Assembly: GCA_013239625.1 (NCBI GenBank)
Contig: MU054466.1
Span: forward strand, 5,109,770-5,173,769
Length of the DNA: 64,000 nt
From: Lama guanicoe
Taxonomy: Eukaryota
Direction: 5' to 3'
Below are positions 53,570 to 64,000 of this stretch, one piece after another. The notes under the pieces are model-generated. The model made no database searches. It was not told the DNA's origin and worked only from the letters and a program-made list of their open reading frames with translations. A program made the position numbers and the translations under genes. Each line of letters starts with the position of its first letter. Position 1 is the first letter of the stretch.

Positions 53570-55130
53570 ATCTGATGGTATAGAAACACAAAGTGTTCTG
53601 GTTGATGAAAGATACCAGCAACAAAATCAAACGAGAAATGACAGAAGAAAAATACTGGCAAGGGTATGACAAGGGTTAAAACACCTGGTAGTACAAAGAG
53701 CTCTCAAAAGGAAATCTTAATAGAAAAATGAACAAAGTCTATGAATTGGTATCTTTTATATGGGGGTATGAATGGTCAGTTTCATGTGTCACCTAGAGTC
53801 CTAGTGATTCAATTAAACAATAACCTAGATGTTGCTGTGAAGGTGTTTTATAATGTGGTTAACATCTGCAATCAGTTGACTTGTTAAATCTTCAATAATC
53901 CGGCTGGGCCTTATCCAGTTAATTGTAAGACTTTAAAAGCAAAACTGAGGTTTCCCTGAGAATGAAGAAATTCTGCCCCAAGAAATTCTTCTCCTGCCTG
54001 AGAATTTCCAATCTGCGAGCCTGCCCTACAGATTATGGACTTGCCAGCTCACACAGCAACATAAACCAATTCCTTGAAATAAATCTCTCTTTATATATAT
54101 ATTTCTTACTGGTGCTGTTTTTTTTAGAGAACCCTGATACAAAATAAAATATAATGGTTCAATAAAACTTTGATAATGGTCAATATTGGCTGAGGCCTGG
54201 GGAAGCAGGCACATGTGGAGACATCATTGGTGAGAGTACACACCAGCGCATTTTGGAGAGCAACTGATAATATCTTTCAAAGTTACACTTGCAAATTCCT
54301 TTGACTCAGCAACTCTTTTTTTTTTTGTAGCCAATGGCCATGGGTACAGATTTAACAGATGGGTGACTCAGCAGTTCTGTGGCTTTGCTTGCAAAAGCAC
54401 ACCAAGTTGAGTGCGCAAGGCTGCTCACTGTAGTATTTGTAGGAGCAAATAATTCAGCAGTTGGGACGGGTAAATAAACCCCAGAATATCCATGCAATGC
54501 AATATCATGAAACTGATAAAAGAAGGAGGTAGATCTGTGTGTGTGGTTGGGGAAAAACTATATTATTAAGCGAAAGAGGGAGGGGCAGAGAGGTCTGCTT
54601 GTATGATGGCTTCACTTAGGTGTATATGCTGGTTGTGTATGAACTTTGTTTAAGGAGGCAACAGAGGCTGACGGTTACCTTTGAGGTTCTGGGGATGGTG
54701 AGGTGGGATTGCAGAGGACTTTTACTTTCCATTTTATTTCTTTCTTTTTATTTTTAATAAAAATGTTGCTTGCATTACCTTTTTAAAAAAGTGTTAACTG
54801 GGATTATTTGAGTGGGCGTTATCGGCTATGTTCTCTTTTTGTGTTTTTCTGTATTAAAAATCCCTAAAGAATATAATAAACCAGTTGATGAAGTAAAGTC
54901 ATAAAAGAGTGATCCTTTGCTTAACCTAGAGTAAGTTGCTTTTTGACAAAAAAGAACAAAAAATTGATCATGGATACACATGCATATATTTAACAGTGGT
55001 TAACAGTGGATGTCTCTGTGGCAGGCTTAGGGTTTATTTACAATGCACTCTTTGTGGTCATCTGTATTTTATTATTCTTCATCAACGAATAACCATTACT
55101 TCTGTGATAAGAAAAGCGTCTGTGTAACGT
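53570..55130 (+). mobile_element. Old L1 (L1M/L1ME-like) fragments interrupted by an LTR
   Basis: A-rich ORF2-3'/3'UTR-like fragments (tgacaagggttaaaa..., ttttggagagcaactg..., atgcaatgcaatatcatg...). Confidence 0.5.
53765..54141 (+). mobile_element. MLT2-type (ERVL) solo LTR
   Basis: ctagatgttgctgtgaagg...aaaagcaaaactgaggtttccc...ccaattccttgaaataaatctc...gagaaccctgataca matches MLT2B/D hallmarks. Confidence 0.75.
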
Positions 55131-55829
55131 GTTGGGGAAGCATGGATGAGATAAGACAACTCAGGTAAAAGCCAAGAGGAATGCCGGTGTCTAGCCTAAC
55201 TGTTGCTTAAAAAAAACGCTTGGTTATATTTTTCCAAGTAAATCTAGCATGCTAAAAGGTGCTTAAAAAAAGATCAAGCTCTTTGAGCAGAAGGAGTCTG
55301 AGCAGCAACTGTTCCGTTTTGTCACTTTCAGCAGGCGTTACCACCTTGGATATCCGAGGAGCAGGTGGCAGAGATGACAGACCCTCTGTTCTGAAAATCA
55401 GAGAGCGTTTTCATCTTCTCATCCTTGCAGCAGGTTAACACACTCTTCGGAGACCTGTGTTTTTCTCAAAAAGAAGCATTGCCTCTGCCTGAATTCCCTG
55501 ATAAGGGCTTGGTAGAAACTCAATTTTGCATTCCAGAGACTGCAGAGCAGAGGGGCATTAGACCTGGAAAATGTTCAGCGTTGGTGTTATCAGTTACTTG
55601 CTTTGTTAAATCAGTTTCCAGTTCACGATAAAGCATTTTTTCATTTTGGGGGAAGCTGTTTTCAAAACAGCCTTGGAGTGGATACCCGGATGACAACCAG
55701 CTCAAGAATGCTGTGTCTTATTAACTCTTTGATGTCAGGTTTCTTCATTGTCAGCACTGACCAGGATCAAAGGGCAGCTGGCTTCTCTCTAGGCCTCTTT
55801 AGCAGGATGGAATGCTTATATGGGCCGCA

Positions 55830-56010
55830 CCCAGGGTTTAATCCTGACTTTGCTGATTACTAGCCATGTGACCTTGGACAAGTTACTTGCTCTCTGAGCC
55901 TTGATTTCTTTACCTGAAAAGTGGGGATAACATTGCCTTTCCTCTAGATTTGTAGTGAGGATTCAATGCAATAACTACATGAAATACGGAGCATAGCACA
56001 TAGTGGCTAG
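55830..56010 (+). mobile_element. MIR SINE
   Basis: ggtttaatcctgactttgct...tagccatgtgaccttggacaagttactt..ctctgagcc...aaaagtggggataa...gtgaggattcaatg. Confidence 0.7.
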
Positions 56011-57019
56011 AAAAGATGGACTACAGTTGGGTCCAACATGAACGGAAAGGTTTCTAAAAGAGTTGCTGAGAACAATTATGCCTTATGACTGGTTCCTGGG
56101 TGCTAGACAGAGTTTCTTAGCAGAGCTTACAGGGCCAGGGGAAGAATGACAATGAAGGAACAATAGGTCATTGGTTTATTCATTTTCCATCAATTGCTTG
56201 TTGAGCATATACTATGTGCCAAATGTGGTTTTAGCCACTGGGGATGCAATGCTCATGGACCTTCTAACCCAGTGGGAGAGACCCAACGAACCCGGCCCTT
56301 GCAATACAGGAGCTCCTTCATCTGTGAACACGTTGGGTTGTGAAAAGATTTTTAGATTGGAAGACCAAAGTGACCACGAGGGGGTTTGTGGTTGTTGTCC
56401 TTGGAGGCATTTCCACCAAAAAGAAATGTGAGCTGGCTCTCCAAAGCTTTAAAACCACGCTTCTTGATGACATGTCTTTTACATGACATCTTTCCCCAAG
56501 GGAGACAGTATTGTTTGTGGCAGAAATCTGTTGAGCAGTGAGTGACATGAGCTCCTACATTGGTGACTCCACCTGATTTCTGGAATAATCTTGCATTTCT
56601 GCAGGAAGAGATAAAGGATGAGTGAAGTATAAACCTTGATGTTAAAAGTGATTATCTCAGAGTAATGAGATTAAAGGCAATTTAGTCTTTTTGTTTTTGC
56701 CCTTATCTGTATTTCACAATTTATTTTTCTAAAATGAACATGTGTTGCTTTTGTAATTTTGACCAACTTGTTTTGAATCACAAGCCACAGATGGTTCTAT
56801 TGGCCCAAGGTTTATTCTGATCTGAACCACATCAAAGGGAGAAGTGAGGGTGGGGGTCTTGAGACAGGAAGGGCAGGAGGCGCCATCCTTGAGGAGCTGT
56901 GAGGGAAAGTCAGAAGGACAGAGGATTTGAGTGAACAGAAGTCATGGGGCAGCCAAAGCCATGGAGTGGAGGATGAGGCAGCTGCTGTAGGGGAGGGTCT
57001 AGCTTTTGTGGGGTCTTCT

Positions 57020-57435
57020 TTCAGTTTTCTATTGCCACAATAATGCTGCCATGAACTCTCCCAAGCTCAGTGGCCCGCGACAAGTCTGTGAGTCGGCAAT
57101 TTAATCTGGACGTTCCTTCTGGCCTCAAACGGGCTCTCTGGCGAGTCTGAGGGTCAGCTGGCTGTTGGTTAGGGCAGCCTAGCTCTGTTCCATGTGTCTC
57201 TCAGTCCAGCCACAGGTTAGCCTGATGTCTTCTCAAGGCAGAAGCAGAGGTGCCTGGAAACAAGAGGAGATGCAGGAAGCCTCCAGAGGCTGGGGTTTGG
57301 AAGTGGTGCACCATCACTTACATTTTCTTGGGCAGAGTAGGTCACAAGTCTGGTCCAAACTCAAGGGGAAGTGGGGCAGACTCTACCTCTTTGTGAGAAG
57401 AGCTTTGGGGTCAAATAGCTATGGGGTAGATATCT
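57020..57435 (-). mobile_element. MLT1 (MaLR) LTR remnant
   Basis: ttttctattgccacaataatgctg...gctctgttccatgtgtctctc...gtcacaagtctggtccaaactcaagggg...actctacctctttgtgagaagagc resembles MLT1H/I in antisense. Confidence 0.6.
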
Positions 57436-58064
57436 AGGGTGGGACAATCTCTCATAGGCCTGAAGCTTATACATCGTTGGGGGCTCCTTTTAAGAAAAAA
57501 GGATCCCCAAAGTATGAATACAAAGTTTTATATAGGAGCCTGATGGAGGAAAGGGTGCTGACATTTAAGCTCCATCAGATTCGTGGCAAAAATTTGCCTC
57601 ACTTCCTCACTTCCACAAAGATGCAAGGAGCTAGAAGCTCTGGTGAGTGAAGCCAAGAAGGGAGACACAGCAGAGCCACTGTCATGGTGGCAGAGCCCAG
57701 AGTGAGGCCCCTTCAGCCCCGAGGGGCCTGGATTGTGGGCAACCATCTGCTCTGGTCCTGATGAAGCCTGGTTGAACACTGTTTCTTGTTTGTCACCTGA
57801 GAGGCTTAGTTCCTTGGTTTTCTTCAGTTCCACCTGATTTAGACTTTGGTTTTGGAATTCTCAAGTGGGTCTTGCCACAGACTTTTTGTGGACTTTCTAA
57901 TCCAGAGTGGGAGAGGCTCATCGAAACCAGCCCTTTCAATACAGGAGCTCTTCCACCTGAGAACAGATTGGGTTCTGAAAAGATTGTGATTTGTTAAGTC
58001 TGATATGACCAAGAGACGTAGCTTGAGCGAGTCTTTGTTCCTTGTAACCAGAACCCAGTGACTG

Positions 58065-58270
58065 CATCAACACAACATAATACACGAGCACACACGCACT
58101 CCATGTGTGCACAGAGAACCAGCATGCACAGTGCAATGCACACGTGTAACACAGTGCCCACACACAGGCCCACATACAAACACGAAGAGACCGCCACATG
58201 CTCATACATGCATGCACACATGTGCCCACGGACTCTCACATTCACGCATGCATGCACACACACACACAGA
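58065..58270. repeat. Degenerate (CA/CATG)n simple repeat
   Basis: About 200 bp dominated by cacac/catg units; it generates the C/V/H/T-rich spurious ORFs in the track. Confidence 0.8.
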
Positions 58271-60018
58271 TGCTTCAGGGCAGGGGGCATCTCAGATAAT
58301 CTGCCTAGTGCCTCCCTTCACAGGTGGGGACAGGGAAGCCTGCTGAGGTAACTGACTCACGTAGATATCAATGGCCAAGTAAGGACAAGGGTCTCTTATG
58401 GGACTTTGAGGACACAGCACCCCCAGAATAGCCTGATGCTCCTCCAGTCCCCAGAGGCACTTGTTTGGAGGAACAGACTCAGCAGAGATCACTCAGAGAT
58501 GCTCTGAGGATTCTCTTTTCTTGATTCAAAGGGGAAATCTCTGTTCTTGATCCAGGATCAGAGGGTTGGACCACAGGCAGAAATTTGAGCAGCTCAGAGA
58601 CTATTCATGCCTTACTGCCTGTGCCCAAGAAAGGAAAGCTTACTCTGTATCTCTCGAAGCATCTGCCCCTTGTGTTTCAGGTGCACCATCTTGCTTAATT
58701 CCTCAGCCATTTCTCCTGGAAGCCAAACAGGTGTCCCTGTTTGCTGAGGCCTGATGTCTCTCAGCATAACTGTACAGTGCTATGGGCCAAGGATGAGTTT
58801 GCCCAGCAGTGGGGACCAGGGGCTGACCTAGCTCTCACCCCATACTGTTGACCTTATGGCCTGGAGATATGTAAAGTGAGAGACTGATTCTGGCCACATC
58901 CTGGGAAGCCCTGTCTTATCAGCTGCAGTGTTTTTCTGTGCAAATAACCCTCCTGATGCCTACCCACTCCTGATGAGGATGTGAGTGGCTTCTGTCTCTG
59001 CCTGGGACCCACTCACTCCTCAAGATGTCACAGGGTATGTGTGGCACACAGCAAAAGTGGATCGAGGAGCAAAATATGAGAAAGAACCAATCCTTTTCCA
59101 ACCTCTGGGCTTCACCCCAGGCCTTGCTGGGACTCTGATGGGGGAGAGAAGTGGGAGCTGGTCACAAGGTTGTCAGAAAGAGGGGAGCCAGATGGGCAAA
59201 GCTGCTGTTTCTTTTTTTCCCACTTCAACAGGCAGTTATTATAAGGTGTGTGTTGGAGGGTGAGGGGAGAGGGGTTAATAGCCATGAACAATGAGCTGGA
59301 TTCTTCAGGAAGGTATAATTGACAAGTTTCTGGAGGATTCAGGCTGGAGTCGATATCCACGGGTTCTCACCTTGTAAGCTAGGGCACAGTGATCAGAGTT
59401 TCGGGTATGTTCTCAGGACAGAGGCCCTTCTTGCCCATTGGACCAGTACTTCCCTGTGCATGTGTCTCTACTCTTTGAGTCCCTTTCTTTTAGTAGGTAT
59501 TTTGGGTTTTGATATCACCCTCAACCCCTCATTCCAATCTCTGGTCTAGTTGGAATCTAGAATCTCTCCTCTGGTGGAGCCTGTCAGCGAGAACAGGCTA
59601 CAGCCTCCTTCACCTTCCAACCCTTCTGCTTTCGGCCCCCTCATAATGCAGGTGAACTCCTGATCCTCCAGACTCCTAGGAATTTGACTACCCCTGAAGT
59701 GCCATGTATAGGGCATTGTGTCCATCAGACTTGGCTCCCCACTTCCTCTCTGAAGGAGCTGGGTTTCCCCCAACCCAATCTTCCCACCAGAGGGGAAGGC
59801 TTAAGTAAGAGCTGGTTGGACCTGGTGGGTCCGCAAACTTCAAGACCAAGAAGGCATCACAAAATTTCTTCTTTTAGAAAACCCACCATGACTCTGGACA
59901 GGGAGGTATTTCTCAAGAATTTATTCATAATCTCTTCTTGCATTGCTAACTGCCTTGAAATCTTACCCGTTCCACCTCCTTCCTCTTTTAGTTATTCACC
60001 AGTGGGAAGGGACTGAAG

Positions 60019-60027
60019 GAGGAAGTG
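60019..60027 (+). promoter_or_regulatory. PU.1/ETS site in the CD300LF promoter
   Basis: GAGGAAGTG about 100 nt upstream of the ATG, with a second copy at 60220-60228 in intron 1. Typical of TATA-less myeloid promoters. Confidence 0.55.
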
Positions 60028-60129
60028 CAAGAGCAAGAGTGAGCGAAAGCAGAAGGGTTGGAAGATGAAGGAGGCTGTAGTTGATTTTTGCTAAGAGGCT
60101 CCATCAAGGGGGACCTGTGTGAAGAGAAG

Positions 60130-60172
60130 ATGCACCTGCTTCTGCTCTTCCTTCTCATCCTCTGGCTTTCAG
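60130..60172 (+). CDS. CD300LF: CD300 family receptor exon 1 (signal peptide), most likely CD300LF, nested antisense in the RAB37 distal intron
   Basis: ATG...TCA G|gtgagt encodes MHLLLLFLLILWLS(G), a phase-1 hydrophobic leader similar to human CD300LF MPLLTLYLLLFWLSG. The upstream ggggacctgtgtgaagagaagATG resembles the CD300LF 5'UTR, and the position is syntenic. The IgV exon is not in the window. Confidence 0.8.
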
Positions 60173-60814
60173 GTGAGTGGGCCCTGGGTCTGCATTCATG
60201 GGGAAGGCTTATTGGGCAGGAGGAAGTGGCTGGCGGGGTGGGGGAGGTGATCTAGCAAGGTGACCTACTGAGAAACCAACCCCATTTCTAAGTAGTTCCT
60301 CCCAGTCATGACCCTGTGTGTTTCATCCACTCACTCCCTCACTCGGTGTTTCAGTGCCCATGGTTGCCAATGCAGAAATATGGAGCATGGTCTTAATAAT
60401 GAAACCAGCACCAGGCATAACTCCTGACCACCCAGGGGCTGATAATTCAAATGGGCACATGGATGGGCTCCCTAGTCAGGGAAAAGCAGAGGAGCCCTGG
60501 TTGCTCAGCAGGGCTGGTGAGTACTCGTTCTTGTATGGTCACCTTCTGGAATGTGTGATGAGCAAGGGAAGGCTCTGGGGAAGGAGTGAGGGTAAAGGGA
60601 GCCTGGAAGGAAGGGAAGCAGACTGGGAGAGAGAGGTGATTCTAGACTTTTAGGGGTAGAAGGAAACAGTAGAAGTCGCTGAAGAAGTGGAAAGGTCAAG
60701 AGGAGGTAAGCTTGGTAGAAGAAGAGGAGAGGAGGGGCTGAGAGGTGAACAGAGATGGAGGTTGAAGTCCTTGAAGTTGAAGGGTACCATTTTGATTAAA
60801 GGGATGCTGGGGGG

Positions 60815-61660
60815 CCTCAGAGCTCAGTGTTTGGGTGCCTTCTCTATCTAGAGTCACTCTCTTGTTGATCTCATCTTCTCTCTTGGCTTTAAATACCGTC
60901 TCTATACAGATGACTTCTGATTTTGTATCCGTAGCCTGGACATCTCCCTGAACTCAAGAATCTTCTATCCAATTGTCCATTTGACAATTTCACTCAGATG
61001 TTGACATTTCAAATATGACCTGACCACATCTTCACCCCTCGAGTCCCTTCCTCTCCCATCCTTGTGTTCGGCAACTCCATCTTTTCAGGTGATCAGGCAA
61101 AACCCAGGAGCATCCATCTCTCCTCTCATATCCCATACTAATATCTTGAAAATGTAAGCCAGAGCCTCTCTCTCCTCTAGTCAAAACCCTCCAATGACCT
61201 CCTAGCCTACTCAGAGTGAAAATCCAAAGTCCTTACAGAGGGTACAAGATGCTCACCATCTGGGTACCCTCATCACATCATTTCTCTAATCTCCTACTCC
61301 GCTCCCTGTGGCTCAACTCACTCCAGCCACATTGGCCTCTTAAATGTTCTTTGATCATGCCAGACACACTCCTGCCTCAGGGCCTTTGCACTTGCTGTTC
61401 AAACTGCCCATAGTGCTCTTCTTCAGATAGCCACAGCCTCCAGTCCTCATATCGTTCACATCTTTCCTTGTCACTGAGGCCTTCATTGATGACTCCAATT
61501 AAAATAGTAATTCTTCTGCATTGTTTTTCTCCATTGTTTGTCCTCTTCCTTTCCCTGCCTTGAAAGAATGTAAATTTCAGGAGGGCTGGGATTTTTGTGC
61601 CTACAGCCATACCAGGTGTAGATTAGACAATAGTAAGTATTAGTTGAATGAGTGAATGCA
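60815..61660 (+). mobile_element. L2 LINE 3' portion
   Basis: ggctttaaataccgtctctatacagatgac..., caaaaccctccaatg..., cctgcctcagggcctttgcacttgctgtt, ending in an L2-type tail ttgaatgagtgaatg. Confidence 0.75.
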
Positions 61661-61769
61661 TCTAACGGAGAGGGAACAATATGATTGCCTCCTGACCAAA
61701 TCTTTCTAGTTCCGCTTTCTTAGAACTGAATAATTTAGAGTCTTAACATTAACTGGAGAGGATATTGCC

Positions 61770-62395
61770 CGTGGGAATGTAAAATGGTGCAGCAACTTTG
61801 GAAAACAATTTGACATTCTTGAAAATGTTAAACAGGTGGTTATCACATGACCTAGCTGTTCCACTCCTGGGTATATATCCAAGAGAACTGAAGACATTTA
61901 TCCATGTGAAAAACTTGTATGCAACTGTTCATGGCAACATAATTCATAACAGCCAAAAAGTGGAAACAACCTAAATGTGTATCAGTTGATGGATGGATAA
62001 GTAACATGTGGCATACCCAGACCATGGAATACTATTCAGCCATAAAAAGGAATGAAATACTAACACATGTTACAACCTGGATGAACCTGGAAAACATTAA
62101 GCTCAGTGAAAGAGTCCAGACACAAAAGGCCATACATTGTATGATTCCACCCATATGAAATGTCTAGAATATGTAAATTCATAGGGACAGAAGGTAGATT
62201 ATTATGTTGCCAGGGGCTGGGGGAGGGAGTAAGGGAGAGGGACCACTGATAAGTATGGGGTTTCTTTCTGGGCTGATGAAACTGTTCAGGAATTGGTGGT
62301 GACGTTTGCATAGTTTTGTGAAAGTTCTACAAAACCACTGAGCTCTACACTTTAAAAGGGTGAATTTCATGGTATATGAATTATATCTCAATAAG
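61770..62395 (+). mobile_element. L1 (L1MB-like) 3' end
   Basis: gtgggaatgtaaaatggtgcagc...ttccactcctgggtatatatccaagagaactgaa...atggaatactattcagccataaaaaggaatgaa...gaattatatctcaataa. Confidence 0.85.
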
Positions 62396-63849
62396 GAAGT
62401 AATCAAGGAGCAGAGAGAAGTGTCAGGAGCAGTCAAGTTCTGAGGAAAGTTGCTGGGTAGCGTTTGCCATTCTGTGGTCACCTTTGGATCTGAGGCTCCA
62501 GAAGAGGGTATTCAGGGCACCCAGACACCCCGATGTGACCTATGACTCTTTCATGTGGTCTAATTTGATTATTCATCCCATCAGTCATGGACAAGAAAAT
62601 GATACTTCCAAGCAGTGATAGGTGCTGCGAACAAAGCTGAGCTAGACGCCCTGACACAGTGAGGGAGACTCACGGGCCAGTGGGAGTGCCTTTCACAGGG
62701 TGGGCTTACAAGGAGCCCCCTGAGGAGGAGCCATCTGAGCTGAGACCTGGAAGACAAGAAGGAGCCGGCACTTCAGATCAGAGACAGCTTTTCAGGCACA
62801 GGAAGAGCAAGCGCAAAGGCTCTGTGGTGGAAATGAGCTTGGCCTTGGTACGGCTAAGGAACGGAAAGGCCTTGTGATGTCCTTCCTTGCTTCGCAACAG
62901 CCTGGTGGGGCCGATTGGGAGGCTACTATTAACTATTTGGGGAAAAGGTCTTAGGGGAGAAGAGAGATGTGTGGCTCAGCCTAGAGTTTTGGGGTAGAAA
63001 CTGGGTGAGAAGTTAGGAGACAAACTGAAAAGCAAGGAATGCACTTAAAGGACTGCTTGTTCCCCCCCGACACCTGGGAACAGGGGAACTTGGCGGTGAG
63101 CAGTTTTGGGTAGTGCGGGTGTGTGCGCTTGCATGCTTTGGTTTAAGAATGATCTCGAGGCAGAGTGGGAATTTTTCTCTGAAGCGGAACAGACACAGCT
63201 GTGTGCTAGTAGGAACCCAGTTGCCAATGTGAACTTCTGTGCCACCTGTCACCAGCATCTCCCATGGAAATTCTGATTGCAAGTAGCACATTTAACCAGC
63301 ACTGCTTCCCTCTTCTGAAGAGTTCACTGTTTTAAAAGTACACACACACGCACACACACAAATCAACCAGGAAGTTCCCACTGAGCTTTACAGCATTCAT
63401 TTTCTGTGAGAAAAGAGAGAGACTTTCAATTACCATAAGTTTTTCACAGAAAAATTAGCTGCCTTTCCCAACTGAAGCCTCACCATAAGTGGTGGCAGAG
63501 ATGGACAAGATCGCAAGTGTGCTGATCCAGATCCAGGCGGGTCCAGTCCTGACTGTTAGACAGTGAGCCAGTCACCTCCCCACTGGGGCCCAGCTTCCAC
63601 TTGATCAGGGATTAGTCCCCATCATCTGGGCTGAGAGTAACCATGCATGATGAGGGTGCTGCCTCTTGGAGCTCTGGGCTGCCCCTGTGCGGGAGGGTTC
63701 TGACAGCAGTACTCTGCCATTGTTCATGGGGAGTGGGCACCTGGATGGAAGGGTTGAAGATGTGAGTGGATAGAGAGTAAAAGGGGCAGACCTAATACTA
63801 AATGCTCAGTTGAGACATGGCAACCAAAGATGCAATGGCTATCTACATC

Positions 63850-64000
63850 AGAATCCTAGGGTTGCTGGGAAAAATTACTAACTTAGTGGCTTAAAACAAC
63901 ACACATTTATAATGTTACAGTCTAATGATCAGAATTCTAAGATGAGTCAGCAGGGCAGCATGCCTCCTGGTGACTCTGGGGGGAGAATCCGATTCCTCAA
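63850..64000 (-). mobile_element. MLT1 (MaLR) LTR, truncated by the window edge
   Basis: aacttagtggcttaaaacaacacacatttat...ctctgggggagaatcc is the typical antisense MLT1 pattern. Confidence 0.7.

Noticed and set aside
57936-58351. Cys/His-rich ORFs resembling metal-binding proteins
   Set aside because: They are translations of the degenerate CA/TG repeat.

Overview
Mammalian genomic DNA, probably a camelid (it carries a camelid-type tRNA-derived SINE and no Alu, Bov, PRE or SINEC elements). It is syntenic with human 17q25.1. Gene order: TMEM104 (5' part, minus strand), a bidirectional CpG-island promoter, NAT9 (plus, complete 206-aa CDS), SLC9A3R1/NHERF1 (minus, complete 366-aa CDS), RAB37 (minus, complete 223-aa proximal isoform plus a paralogous alternative P-loop exon of the distal isoform), and the CD300LF signal-peptide exon nested antisense in the large RAB37 intron. 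I traced all coding exons by hand; they have GT-AG boundaries and consistent phases. Most ORFs in the supplied track are spurious. The most unusual structure is a nearly identical ~1.8-kb tandem duplication in SLC9A3R1 intron 1 (26701-28463 and 28470-30361). It has a microhomology/templated-insertion junction, doubles an enhancer-like motif cluster, and one copy lacks an ETS site. I found no prokaryote-type systems (CRISPR etc.) and nothing that I can call a new biological system.
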